Positions 27,750 through 37,473 of a DNA stretch of 64,000 bases are shown here, one piece after another. A program made the position numbers and the translations under genes. How positions within the stretch are numbered: the stretch's first letter is position 1; every line of letters begins with the position of its first letter. Source of the stretch: Bacteriovoracia bacterium (lineage in GTDB: Bacteria > Bdellovibrionota > UBA1018 > CAIPTA01); NCBI GenBank assembly GCA_050246755.1, contig JBFWVL010000002.1:64001-128000 (forward strand). Direction: 5' to 3'. A model generated the notes under the pieces. That model was not told the DNA's origin. It did no database searches and saw only the letters and a list, made by a program, of their open reading frames with translations.

Positions 27750-28200
27750 CTAATAAACATCATTCCGTTCATTCCAGGATTTACGGGCCTCTTCCGAAGG
27801 ATGCTTCGCGAAGATCGCTTCGAGCTCTCTTTTTTGTTTCAGGGAAGCCCGCTTGCCGTTGAATAAATCCGCTATCGTGGCGGCGTAATCCGGCGACGTA
27901 TCGGTCTTGAGGCGCTCAATCAAGGCGCGGGCAATGGGTTCGGGAGAGGGAGTTGGCCCTTGCCTGTTAGCGGCGGCGTAAGTAAGTAAGTAAGTTTACG
28001 TTGTCGGGGCTAGCGGTGGCTGCAATTTTGGGGGCGTAGCGAATGAGTTCCTTATCGTCGGGCATGTGATAGGCTAGGTGCCCAATCAGCCTAAGTTGAT
28101 CTACCTCGGGATCTTCTTTCAAGTTGAGGACGGGTGTCGAAGGATCAGGCAGCTTGAAGCAAGGATCGACTAAGCTAATGCCTAGTCGATTATTGTTTAT
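27750..28200 (-). pseudogene. Frameshifted gene remnant interrupted by (ACTT)4
   Basis: Removing one 4-nt unit at 27978-27993 joins two stop-free frames into one continuous ~150-codon frame ending ...SWNERNDVY*. Confidence 0.55.
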
Positions 28201-28216
28201 AGTGAGTTGGTGCTGA

Positions 28217-28660
28217 TTATCCGGCGCGGTCGAGGCGAACTTTATTACCGCGGATCTTCAGCTTGCCGGCGCTATTTTTCGTGGCCGTGAAGGTGAAGAT
28301 CAACGAGCTCTCGAGTTCAGGGCCTTGGTAGCCCGTTTCGGTGGCGGTATAGTCGCCATTATTGATCTGCAGGCGGCATTCGAGGAGCGCGCCGCGGGTG
28401 GCTTCGCAGTGGCCCGAAACGCTATTGATCACGATTTCTTGGCCAACCTTCTCGATGCGGGTATCGAGCGCAAGGGCTTGGCCCAAAAGCTCGGGCAGGC
28501 TCTGCTCGGCTTTTTGGCCATCCTGGTATTCGAGCTGAAGGCCGGCGGAATTTGCGATAAGGGCGGTGAGGATGTCCTGGGCTTTCACTTCCTCCTGGGC
28601 GTAGGCGCTGAGGCCGGTGAGCAAGGCGGAAGCGAGGGCGAGGGCGAAAAACTTTTTCAT
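28217..28660 (-). CDS. Exported hypothetical protein
   Basis: Signal peptide MKKFFALALASALLTGLSAYA; SD AGGAG. Confidence 0.85.
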   Translation of the reverse strand: MKKFFALALASALLTGLSAYAQEEVKAQDILTALIANSAGLQLEYQDGQKAEQSLPELLGQALALDTRIEKVGQEIVINSVSGHCEATRGALLECRLQINNGDYTATETGYQGPELESSLIFTFTATKNSAGKLKIRGNKVRLDRAG

Positions 28661-28775
28661 AAAATCTCCTGGGAAATGGTGGCACCGTTTTGGTGTGCTC
28701 CTCTTATAGGAAAGAAATTAACATCTAAAAAGTAGATAAATTGCATAGAAACCATTCTTTTTTTGAATGGATGGG

Positions 28776-30167
28776 TTATCGAAGCAAATCCACGCGGAAC
28801 TTCCGCCCTTTGATTTTTCCGTCTTGCAGGCATTTCAGCGCTGCCGTAGCAATGGAGCGCGAAACGGCCACGTAAGAAAATCGATCATGGATTTCGATCT
28901 TGCCTACGTCGGCGCCGTTGAATCCGCCGGCATCGCCGGTGAGGGCGCCGAGGATATCGCCGGGACGTACTTTGTCTTTTCGTCCGCCGCTTATATAGAA
29001 CGTGACCATTTTCGGCGGCGCTAATTTCTCGCCGGTGGATTCCATGTCGGTACGGCCCGGAAGCTCACCCACGGTGAGCGGATTCTCTTTTTCCAAAAGC
29101 GACGCGCGGTGGCGCTCTTTGGGGGAAACAAAAGTAATGGCCACGCCGCTCTTTCCCGCCCGGCCCGTGCGGCCCACGCGATGGGTATAGATATCCGGCT
29201 GGGGCACGTCGAAATTGATCACGAGCTCAAGATCGGCCACGTCGATCCCGCGCGCGGCCACGTCGGTGGCCACGAGGATGCGGGTGCTGTGGTTGCGGAA
29301 TTTCGCCATCACCTTATCGCGGTCCTGCTGCTCGAGGTCCCCTTGCAGCCCCTCGGCCTGGAAGCCACTCTGGTTCAGGATTTTCGTGAGCTCCACCACC
29401 GTAACTTTCAGGTTACAAAAAATGATCGCCTGCTCGGGTTTACGCTCCCGTAAGCAGTGGAGGAGGGAGGGCAGTTTATTTTGCTCCTCCACTTCGTATA
29501 AAATCTGTTCGATCGAGCTGGCGGCCCCGGAAGCTTCGTCTTGGATTATTATGCGGGCCGGTGATTTTTGGTAGCGCTCGCTCATGGCCTCGATGGAATC
29601 GGGAAAAGTGGCGGAAAAGAAAATCGTCTGGCGCTCTTCGGGAAGTGCGGCCAGGATTTCTTCCATCTCTTCCTGAAAACCCATATCGAGCATGCGGTCG
29701 GCTTCGTCCAATGCGATTTGCGTGCAGCGGCTTAAATCCACGGTTCCCCGGCGCAAGTGATCGAGCACGCGGCCAGGGGTACCCACCGCGATATGGGCCC
29801 CCATGCGGAGGGCTCCAAGCTGGGACTGAATGGGCTGACCACCCACCAGGGAGGCCACGTTGAGGCCCTGGAAGCGGCGGCCGAGGCGGCGGATCTCGCG
29901 GGTCACTTGGGTGCAGAGCTCCCGGGTAGGGCAAAGCACGAGGGCCTGGAGCTCGCCCTCGGAATCGGGAAGGCGGGCCAGGATGGGGAGGGCGAAGGCG
30001 AAAGTTTTGCCAGATCCCGTTTTGGATTGGCCAATGAGATCCTTCCCTTCAAGGAGGAGGGGGATGCTTTCGGCCTGAATGGGCGTGAGTTCCGTAAAAC
30101 CCAGTTCCTGGATTACGGTGAGCACCTCTTCAGGGAGGGGGAGAGAATCAAAACGGACTTTACCCAT
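28776..30167 (-). CDS. dbpA: ATP-dependent RNA helicase DbpA
   Basis: DEAD-box motifs plus the C-terminal DbpA domain GGRKDKVRPGDILGALTG...GKIKGRKF. Confidence 0.95.
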   Translation of the reverse strand: MGKVRFDSLPLPEEVLTVIQELGFTELTPIQAESIPLLLEGKDLIGQSKTGSGKTFAFALPILARLPDSEGELQALVLCPTRELCTQVTREIRRLGRRFQGLNVASLVGGQPIQSQLGALRMGAHIAVGTPGRVLDHLRRGTVDLSRCTQIALDEADRMLDMGFQEEMEEILAALPEERQTIFFSATFPDSIEAMSERYQKSPARIIIQDEASGAASSIEQILYEVEEQNKLPSLLHCLRERKPEQAIIFCNLKVTVVELTKILNQSGFQAEGLQGDLEQQDRDKVMAKFRNHSTRILVATDVAARGIDVADLELVINFDVPQPDIYTHRVGRTGRAGKSGVAITFVSPKERHRASLLEKENPLTVGELPGRTDMESTGEKLAPPKMVTFYISGGRKDKVRPGDILGALTGDAGGFNGADVGKIEIHDRFSYVAVSRSIATAALKCLQDGKIKGRKFRVDLLR

Positions 30168-30269
30168 GGGCCAGCTTCTATCACTTAGAGTTCGGGGACT
30201 CCAGTTTCTTGATTCGGAGAGTCAAAATCGCCCCTTTTTTGCTGGCTGGGCTTCGGCTAGTATCCGCCC

Positions 30270-30665
30270 ATGCAAAACCAACATCCCAATGCCCTGATCC
30301 TACAGAAAATATACGCCCATTTCATTGATGGCGACCTGCCCGCCATGCTCGCCCTCTGCGACGATAAAATTAAGTTCGATGTGCCGGGGAAAAGCAGGCT
30401 CGCCGGCAAGTATACCAAGGAAAATTTCGCCGCTGGTTTTGCGGAAAAGCTCATGGAGCTTTCGGGCGGCAATTTGAAGCTCGAAGTGCACGACACGATG
30501 GCTACGGATCGCCACGGGGTGGCTTTGGTTTCATCTACCATCACGCGCCAAGGCAAGCCGGAAGTGGTGCGTGCGGCCCATGTGTGGCGCTTCGAAAATG
30601 GCAAGCCCGTAGCATGGTACGAATACGCTAAGGATCTTTACCAGTACGACAGCGTGTGGAGCTAG
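30270..30665 (+). CDS. NTF2/SnoaL-like protein
   Basis: IYAHF..GDL, VPGKSRLAGKY, HVWRFENGK. Confidence 0.85.
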   Translation: MQNQHPNALILQKIYAHFIDGDLPAMLALCDDKIKFDVPGKSRLAGKYTKENFAAGFAEKLMELSGGNLKLEVHDTMATDRHGVALVSSTITRQGKPEVVRAAHVWRFENGKPVAWYEYAKDLYQYDSVWS

Positions 30666-30666
30666 A

Positions 30667-31494
30667 TTGGGCGCGGGGTTCAAAATCGTGACCCTTCCTT
30701 CGGGCGCAAATACCCTGCGCTCGCTCTCGCGCAATGAAACCTACCATCCCTGCGGGGGCCCGCTCGAAGAGGCGCGTGTGCTGCACGTGGAGCAAAACCA
30801 GCTGGCCGAGCGCTGCGCGGAAAAGCGCAAGTTCGTGCTCTGGGATGTGGGCCTTGGCGCGGCCGGAAATTCCGTATCCGCCATCTCGGCGCTGGAGGGC
30901 TGCGCGGCCGACTTGGAAATCCATAGCTTCGATAAGTGGACCGACCCCCTGGAGTTCGCCCTCGAGAATTCCGAAGCTTTGCCTTACCTGAGCCCCTATC
31001 GCGAAATCATCGCGCAGCTGCTGGCCCATAACGAAGTTCAGGTGCGCCCGAATTTAAAATGGTTCTTCCATCGCGGGGATTTCTGCGAGCAGATCGAACG
31101 CAGCGATCTGCCTCCGCCGAACAGTATTTTTTACGATCCCTATTCTCCGGCCACGAACCGCGAGATGTGGACGCTCGCTCATTTCCAGAAAATTTTCGCG
31201 CACCTGAAATCCGACTGCATGCTCAGCAGCTATTCGCGTTCCACCGCCGTGCGCGTAACCTTGCTGCTGGCCGGCTTCCAGGTGGGGATCGGGCGATCGA
31301 TCGAAAACAAAGCCGAGACCACGGTGGCCGCCAACCGCCTGGAGCTGCTAAAGCAGCCGCTCACGAGAAAATTTTTACAAAGAGTGAAAATTTCCGGCAA
31401 TGCGGCGCCGATGCGGGATCCGGTGTATTCGATCACCCCGATTTTGCCCGAAGACCTTGCGGCCCTAGAGTTGCACGCTCAATTCGCGCACTGA
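30667..31494 (+). CDS. MnmC/MnmD-like methyltransferase
   Basis: ETYHP..GPLEEA, DVGLGAAGN, FYDPYSP..N.EMW. Confidence 0.85.
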   Translation: MGAGFKIVTLPSGANTLRSLSRNETYHPCGGPLEEARVLHVEQNQLAERCAEKRKFVLWDVGLGAAGNSVSAISALEGCAADLEIHSFDKWTDPLEFALENSEALPYLSPYREIIAQLLAHNEVQVRPNLKWFFHRGDFCEQIERSDLPPPNSIFYDPYSPATNREMWTLAHFQKIFAHLKSDCMLSSYSRSTAVRVTLLLAGFQVGIGRSIENKAETTVAANRLELLKQPLTRKFLQRVKISGNAAPMRDPVYSITPILPEDLAALELHAQFAH

Positions 31495-31501
31495 GGAATA
31501 G

Positions 31502-32302
31502 ATGAAAATAAAACTCAGAAATATGGCTCCCGACGATACCGGTAAATTTAAGGCCAAAGAAGAAGCGGCCTCCGAAACCGAAGCGTTGCTGGAGGAGATG
31601 TACCGCCTCATGTACCTGATGTTCGCCGAAGACCGCCGCTCCTTGCTGATCATCTTGCAGGGCATCGATGCTTCGGGCAAAGACGGCACGATCCGGCATA
31701 TTTTCTCGGGTGCCAATCCCCAGGGCATCCGCGTTTATTCTTTTAAGCAGCCCTCCGAAGAAGAATTGCGTCATGATTTTTTGTGGCGCTGCCAGCGCTT
31801 GGCTCCTGAGCGTGGTTCGGTGGCGATTTTTAATCGGTCGTATTATGAGGATGTGACCACGGTGAAGGTGCACCCCGAATACTTGGAGGCCAGGCGGTTG
31901 CCGCTCGGCGTGAAGCCCGCCAAAATTTTTTCGCAGCGCTTTGCGCAGATCAATGACTACGAAAAAATGCTCAGTGAGAATGGCACCACGGTACTGAAAT
32001 TCTTTTTACATATTTCAAAAGAGGAACAAAAGGAACGGCTGGAAGAGCGCTTGGTAAGCCGAGAAAAGAACTGGAAATTTTCCGTTTCGGACATTAAAGA
32101 CCGTGAGTATTGGGGCGAGTACCGCAAAGCTTTTGAAGAAATGATGGCCGCGACGAGCACTAAGCATTCTCCTTGGCATATTATTCCGGCCGATAAGAAG
32201 TGGTATCGCAATTATCTCGTGACGAAGCTGATCGTAAATACGTTATCCGCCCACGCCATGAGCTTCCCGCGCGCGAAGCATTCGAAGATCAAAATCGTTT
32301 AA
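31502..32302 (+). CDS. ppk2: Polyphosphate kinase 2 family protein
   Basis: QGIDASGKDG, FKQPS, HDFLWR, FNRSYYEDV, PADKKW. Confidence 0.95.
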   Translation: MKIKLRNMAPDDTGKFKAKEEAASETEALLEEMYRLMYLMFAEDRRSLLIILQGIDASGKDGTIRHIFSGANPQGIRVYSFKQPSEEELRHDFLWRCQRLAPERGSVAIFNRSYYEDVTTVKVHPEYLEARRLPLGVKPAKIFSQRFAQINDYEKMLSENGTTVLKFFLHISKEEQKERLEERLVSREKNWKFSVSDIKDREYWGEYRKAFEEMMAATSTKHSPWHIIPADKKWYRNYLVTKLIVNTLSAHAMSFPRAKHSKIKIV

Positions 32303-32306
32303 ACGT

Positions 32307-32555
32307 TTAGCCGACCGTTGGTGCAGGAATTTCGTTTGGCGGAGAAGGCGGCGTAGCGTTCGGTGAAGAATCGGGCAAAACTTCCGGGGGAGAAACCCCA
32401 CGCTCAAATTCCGATCCTTGGTCGGGATTGAATTCCGGGGTTTTGGGCGGAGTAAAGCCTGGCTCGGCCCGGCGGTCGGGGTCGATTTCCGGGGTAGGGG
32501 TGGGTTTAGGCGAGGGGGTGCCCTGGTTTAAGCTAATCATCATTCTCCTTTTCAC
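32307..32555 (-). CDS. Small Pro-rich disordered protein
   Basis: P/E/T-rich ORF directly downstream of the 32906 gene; start uncertain (GTG 32555 or ATG near 32543). Confidence 0.6.
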   Translation of the reverse strand: MKRRMMISLNQGTPSPKPTPTPEIDPDRRAEPGFTPPKTPEFNPDQGSEFERGVSPPEVLPDSSPNATPPSPPNEIPAPTVG

Positions 32556-32558
32556 TGG

Positions 32559-32906
32559 CTAGTGAGTATCGGTTTCCGCGTCGCGGTCTTCCTTAGGGTC
32601 GGGGCGCTCGGAAGAGGGAGCGGTGTCTTCGGTGGTTTGGTCTTCGAGCCGGTTATCAATCGTGCGGGCCGCGGATGGCGTATCCGCCAGCACGTGCGGC
32701 TCTTCGTCGTCTTCCTCGAGGTAGTTTTTTCCGATCACGGCTTCTTCCAGCTCATCGGAGGCATCGTCGTCTTTGCTGTCGTCTTCGGGCCGGGGAACCG
32801 TGTGGCGGTTTTTCAGTACGCGATTAAATTCCTGCCAGTCGATATACGCAGGCTTTTCATTTTCTTCGTCGTCGAACTCATCCATTTTTTTAGCGGTGTT
32901 TGCCAT
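32559..32906 (-). CDS. Small acidic disordered protein
   Basis: D/E-rich MANTAKKMDEFDDEE...; the longer ORF call runs antisense into the next gene and was trimmed. Confidence 0.7.
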   Translation of the reverse strand: MANTAKKMDEFDDEENEKPAYIDWQEFNRVLKNRHTVPRPEDDSKDDDASDELEEAVIGKNYLEEDDEEPHVLADTPSAARTIDNRLEDQTTEDTAPSSERPDPKEDRDAETDTH

Positions 32907-32918
32907 AGCCTTCAAAAG

Positions 32919-32934
32919 AGCAACTAGTATGCCA
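32919..32934 (-). promoter_or_regulatory. Putative sigma54 promoter (near-consensus)
   Basis: Minus strand TGGCATACTAGTTGCT. Confidence 0.75.
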
Positions 32935-33035
32935 TGGCTAGGAATGGCTTCGCCGCGGGTCAAGCAGGGCAAATTTCCACGAAAAAGGGAAAAGCGACCC
33001 GTGTGGACTGAGGCGATACGGGGTATATTTTTGGC

Positions 33036-33881
33036 ATGTCGCTGGAGCGGGGATTTTCTTGGAACTTTCAGGACTGGCAATTCACGGGCTACTCGCTCGC
33101 GGGAATTACCACGAGCGTGCTTTGCAAAAATGCCAGCGCCTGCTTTGATGTGGGCCAGGGATTGCCCTTCCAGAATTCCGCACGCCGGATTTTTCTTACC
33201 CATGGCCATCTTGATCACGCCGCGGGAATTCCTTACCTTATTTCGCAGAAAAATATGGCCGGGCAGAAGGAGACCGATATCTTCGCGCCTTCTTCCCTTG
33301 TGGGTCCCCTCGAGCAAATTTTGGGCATTTGGCAGAAGGTGGATGAGCACAAGTACACGTATTCGCTAAAGGCCGCGCAACCTGGAGAAATGATCGAGCT
33401 CGATAGGTTCTTTTCGATAAAGCCCTTCGCGACCACGCACCGAGTGCAGAGCCTTGGTTACCTTCTCTACCAAAAGAAAAAGCGGCTTAAGGAGGCGTAT
33501 CGTTCTCTGGGGCAGGAGGGGATCCTGGCGGCAAAGGCGGCCGGTGAGAATCCCAACGAAGATTTCTTGGAGCCCGCGGTGGCCTTTACGGGCGATACCC
33601 AGATTGAATTTATCGATGCCGACCCCGACTTGCTGAAGGCGAAGATTCTTTTCGTGGAAGTTACGTTCTGGGACGAGGCCAAGCCCGTGGAGCACGCGAG
33701 GAAATGGGGGCATATGCATTTCGATGAGTTACTCGCGGTGCTGCCGCGCCTGAAGAACGAGAGGATCGTGCTGATTCATGCCTCGGTTCGCTATACCACG
33801 CCTTACCTCGAGCAGATTTTACGGGACCGCTTGCCCGAGAAGGACAAAGCGCGGGTGGTATTATTTCCGAGGCCGCTCTAA
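33036..33881 (+). CDS. MBL-fold hydrolase, RNase Z-like
   Basis: THGHLDH, HRVQSLGY, FTGDT, GHMH, LIHAS.RY. Confidence 0.88.
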   Translation: MSLERGFSWNFQDWQFTGYSLAGITTSVLCKNASACFDVGQGLPFQNSARRIFLTHGHLDHAAGIPYLISQKNMAGQKETDIFAPSSLVGPLEQILGIWQKVDEHKYTYSLKAAQPGEMIELDRFFSIKPFATTHRVQSLGYLLYQKKKRLKEAYRSLGQEGILAAKAAGENPNEDFLEPAVAFTGDTQIEFIDADPDLLKAKILFVEVTFWDEAKPVEHARKWGHMHFDELLAVLPRLKNERIVLIHASVRYTTPYLEQILRDRLPEKDKARVVLFPRPL

Positions 33882-33955
33882 TTCGGTAGGCAGTTATCGG
33901 TTGGCGGTTAAGAATTAATCGATAGCTGCGAACGGCCAGCCGCCAACTGGATTTA

Positions 33956-34630
33956 TTATCTCGTGCAAATCCGGAGGGCTTGGGTCCAGCCGGTGATTTT
34001 AGCCAGGTTCGCTTCTTTGCGGAGAACGGCCCAGTAACGAGCGCCGCCTCTCCACGCAGTTCCTGATTTTCCGCTCACCACGCCGTCGCTGCCGATCCAA
34101 CGGTTCAAGATGCGCAGGCCGCAGGCGAGGTTACGCTGCGGATCGTGCAGCTGAGAGGCGGCGGTGAAGCCGCAGCCGTAGCTATTGGCGCTCTCGATGG
34201 AGATCTGCAGCAAACCGCGGCTCACTACGCGGTTGCCGTTCGCGTCGTTGAAGGCCTCCGTATAACTTTGCGTAGGATCCTGACCGCTTTCCAGTTCGCT
34301 CATGGCCGACAGCATGTATACCCAGAAGTTTTTCTTGTCGTAGGTGTTTAGATTGCCGTAGTTGGCGCAGAAGGTGGTGATGTCGGCGGGGTTACGCGCC
34401 AGGATGCTCGCGCCCAATACTGGTAATTGATTGTAAACGTATTGGCTCCAGGCAGCCCCGTCACGGTTTTTGGATTCCCAGCGAGCGCGAACTTCGAGGC
34501 CGGGATCGCTCGGCGGCGTTACCGGCTTTTTCCCGAAGGCCATGGCGGACTGTTCGGAGGCCACCAGCAGAAGAGCGGCGGCGGCGAGGGTGGCTAGGAT
34601 CGACGGGCGTTTGTTTTTAAGTATTAGCAT
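33956..34630 (-). CDS. Exported SLT/lytic transglycosylase-like protein
   Basis: Signal peptide; ELESGQDP catalytic Glu and SRGLLQIS; DPQRNLACG. Confidence 0.85.
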   Translation of the reverse strand: MLILKNKRPSILATLAAAALLLVASEQSAMAFGKKPVTPPSDPGLEVRARWESKNRDGAAWSQYVYNQLPVLGASILARNPADITTFCANYGNLNTYDKKNFWVYMLSAMSELESGQDPTQSYTEAFNDANGNRVVSRGLLQISIESANSYGCGFTAASQLHDPQRNLACGLRILNRWIGSDGVVSGKSGTAWRGGARYWAVLRKEANLAKITGWTQALRICTR

Positions 34631-34867
34631 TGTTAATAAATATTAACTTAATTAGCGCATTGAATCAATCCGAAAGAGTCGGATATTTATTTAGTTAAAT
34701 AGAATCAAGGGGATAGCTAAACTTTTTCCGAAGAGGAAATCTCAAAGTGGGAGGATTTTTTGGATTCGTCGTCGACAAATTTCCTGCGGCATTCGTTCAG
34801 CTCTCCGCATCTTGTCCGTAACCGACCCAGGCTGTAGCGTAATCTCATACATTTTTTTGGGGGTAAT

Positions 34868-35320
34868 ATGGATATTACGGTAAACGGCAAAACAATTTCT
34901 GTTGATGCCGCGCAGGACACTCCGCTTCTCTGGGTATTGCGCGACGAACTCAACTATACCGGCACGAAATTCGGCTGCGGCATGGCCCTTTGCGGTGCTT
35001 GCACCGTGCACCTGGATGGCGAGCCAGCCCGCTCCTGCTCGGTTCCCCTTGCATCGGTGGCCGGAAAGAAAATTACCACGATCGAGGGGCTCGACGATAA
35101 AATTTCCCAGACCGTACAAAAAGCCTGGGTGGACAATTTCGTTCCCCAGTGCGGCTATTGCCAGAGCGGGCAGGTGATGACCACCGTGGCCCTGCTGCGC
35201 AAAAAGAAGTCTCCCTCTGACGCCGACATCGACGCCGCGCTCGGCGGCCATATCTGCCGCTGCGGAACCTACCAGCGCATTCGTGCCGCCGTTCACCAAG
35301 CCGCAAAGGACTTAGCGTAA
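34868..35320 (+). CDS. iorA: (2Fe-2S)-binding subunit of an isoquinoline/aldehyde oxidoreductase
   Basis: [30 protein letters not shown]. Confidence 0.95.
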   Translation: MDITVNGKTISVDAAQDTPLLWVLRDELNYTGTKFGCGMALCGACTVHLDGEPARSCSVPLASVAGKKITTIEGLDDKISQTVQKAWVDNFVPQCGYCQSGQVMTTVALLRKKKSPSDADIDAALGGHICRCGTYQRIRAAVHQAAKDLA

Positions 35321-37473
35321 TGGACACGAATAAGGAAATTACCCGGCGTGCATTCCTGCAAACTTCGGCCTTAACTCTCGGCGGCCTCGTGGTGGCCTTT
35401 CATATCCCCTTTGCCCTCAAGAAGGCATTTGCGGCGGAAGCCGCTGCCGCTGGCCTAGAACCTAATGCGTTCGTGCATATCGCTCCCGATGGCACGATCA
35501 CCTTGATCATCAATAAGCTCGAAATGGGCCAGGGCGTGAATACTTCCATGGCGCAGTTAATTGCGGAAGAGCTTGAATGCGATTGGACCAAGATCCGCTC
35601 CGTTTCCGCGCCCGTGGCCCCGGTGTATAACCACACCACCTTCGGCATGCAGATGACCGGCGGCTCTTCGGCCCTGGCTTCCTCCTGGGAGCAACACCGC
35701 AAAGTGGGCGCCACCATGCGCGAACTGCTCAAAAATGCGGCCGCGCAGAAATGGGACGTTCCCGTTTCGGAAGTGAGCGCCAAAAACGGCTTCATCGTGC
35801 ACGCCAAAAAAGGAAAGCTTTCCTACGGTGAGCTCGCCGAGAGCGCCGCGAAACTGCCCGCGCCCCAGAATGTGCCGCTGAAAAAATCTTCCGAGTATAA
35901 AGTAATCGGCCAATCCAAAAAGCGTGTGGACGCCGCCGATAAATCCAACGGCAAAGCCGTATTCGGGATGGACGTGAGAGTTCCCGGGATGCTCTACGCC
36001 GTGGTGGCCTGGCCCCCGGGGCCCAAAGCCAAGTTTCTCTCTATGGACGAGAAAGCCGCGCGCGCTGTTTCCGGCGTGGTAGACGTGGTGAAGTTCGGCG
36101 ATCGCGTAGCGGTGCTTGGCAAGAATACCTTCGCTGCGAAGGCCGGCCGCGATGCCCTGGCCGCGCAGTGGAAAGCCGACGCCAGCCTTTCTCACGAAGC
36201 GCTCATGCAGGATTTCCGCAAGCAAGCCGACGGCAAAGGACTCGTGGCCGAGGAAAAAGGGAATGCCGAGCAGGCCCTCGCTAAAGCGAAAACCAAGCTC
36301 CAGGCCGAGTATGAATTTCCCTTTCTCGCCCATGCGCCGATGGAGCCGCTCAATTGCACGGTGAGCTACGATGGCAAGACCGCGGAAATTTGGTCGGGGC
36401 ACCAAATGCCCACGATCGACCAGCAGACGGCCGCGCAAGTATTGGGTCTTAAGCCCGAGCAGGTGACCGTGAACACCGTTTACGCCGGAGGAAGTTTCGG
36501 CCGCCGTGCGAATAAAAATTCCGACTATATAGTGGCGGCCTGCGAGCTCGCCAAAGTGGTGAAGAAGCCGCTCAAGCTCGTGTATACCCGCGAAGACGAT
36601 ACCCGCGCCGGCTACTACCGTCCCATGAATTTCCACCGCGTAACGGTGGGGGTGGGGGAAGATAAAAAACTATCCGGCTGGAACCACCGCCTCGTGGGCC
36701 AGTCGGTGATCGGCGGATCCGTATTCGAGCCGATGATGGTGAAGAACGGAATCGAAGCCACGGTTTCAGAAGGCATTACGGAATCAAAGTACGAGCTTCC
36801 GGATTTCCGCTGCGAAGTTACGCGCGCCGAAACCCCGCTCACCACCCTCTGGTGGCGTTCGGTGGGCCATACCCATACCGCCTACGTGATGGAAACCATG
36901 ATGGATGAGCTGGCCGAGGCCACCGGCAAAGATCCGCTCAAGATGCGTAAAGAGATGCTGCAAAAATCTCCGCGCCATTTGGCGGTGCTAGATTTACTCG
37001 CCAAGCAAACGGGCTGGGGCACGAAGAAGCCGCCCAAAGGAAGGGCCTGGGGATTGGCCGTGCACGAATCGTTCAATTCCGTGGTGGGGCAGATCGCCGA
37101 AATTTCTCTCGACGAGAAAATGCCAAAGGTTCACCGCGTATGGGCGGCCGTGCATTGCGGGCAGGTGGTGAATCCCGAAAGCGCAAAAACGCAGGTGGAA
37201 GGCGCGATCGTGTATGGCCTATCGGCGGCGCTGCGGGGAGAAATCCGGCTCGAGGGCGGAGAGATCCAGAACGGAAATTTCATCGATTATCCCGTGATGC
37301 GGATCCAGGATATGCCGAAAGTAAACGTGGAGTTCGTGAAGACGGACGACGCGCCTACTGGTTTGGGCGAACCCGGCCTGCCGCCGATCGCTCCGGCCGT
37401 GGCGAACGCTTACTATAAGCTCACGAAGAAGCGCCTGAGAAAGCTGCCTTGGAGCAAAGAGCTCGAGGCTTAA
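35320..37473 (+). CDS. iorB: Molybdopterin-binding subunit, xanthine dehydrogenase family, with Tat-like signal
   Basis: TRRAFLQ twin-arginine motif, EMGQG, TGGS, HAPMEP, GGSFGRR, GLGEPG. Confidence 0.93.
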   Translation: MDTNKEITRRAFLQTSALTLGGLVVAFHIPFALKKAFAAEAAAAGLEPNAFVHIAPDGTITLIINKLEMGQGVNTSMAQLIAEELECDWTKIRSVSAPVAPVYNHTTFGMQMTGGSSALASSWEQHRKVGATMRELLKNAAAQKWDVPVSEVSAKNGFIVHAKKGKLSYGELAESAAKLPAPQNVPLKKSSEYKVIGQSKKRVDAADKSNGKAVFGMDVRVPGMLYAVVAWPPGPKAKFLSMDEKAARAVSGVVDVVKFGDRVAVLGKNTFAAKAGRDALAAQWKADASLSHEALMQDFRKQADGKGLVAEEKGNAEQALAKAKTKLQAEYEFPFLAHAPMEPLNCTVSYDGKTAEIWSGHQMPTIDQQTAAQVLGLKPEQVTVNTVYAGGSFGRRANKNSDYIVAACELAKVVKKPLKLVYTREDDTRAGYYRPMNFHRVTVGVGEDKKLSGWNHRLVGQSVIGGSVFEPMMVKNGIEATVSEGITESKYELPDFRCEVTRAETPLTTLWWRSVGHTHTAYVMETMMDELAEATGKDPLKMRKEMLQKSPRHLAVLDLLAKQTGWGTKKPPKGRAWGLAVHESFNSVVGQIAEISLDEKMPKVHRVWAAVHCGQVVNPESAKTQVEGAIVYGLSAALRGEIRLEGGEIQNGNFIDYPVMRIQDMPKVNVEFVKTDDAPTGLGEPGLPPIAPAVANAYYKLTKKRLRKLPWSKELEA

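Noticed and set aside
26302-28660. Prophage or integrative element
   Set aside because: There is no integrase, terminase, structural gene, tRNA target or att-like direct repeat.
35557-36636. 359-aa minus-strand ORF
   Set aside because: It is an antisense shadow of iorB, expected from codon bias.
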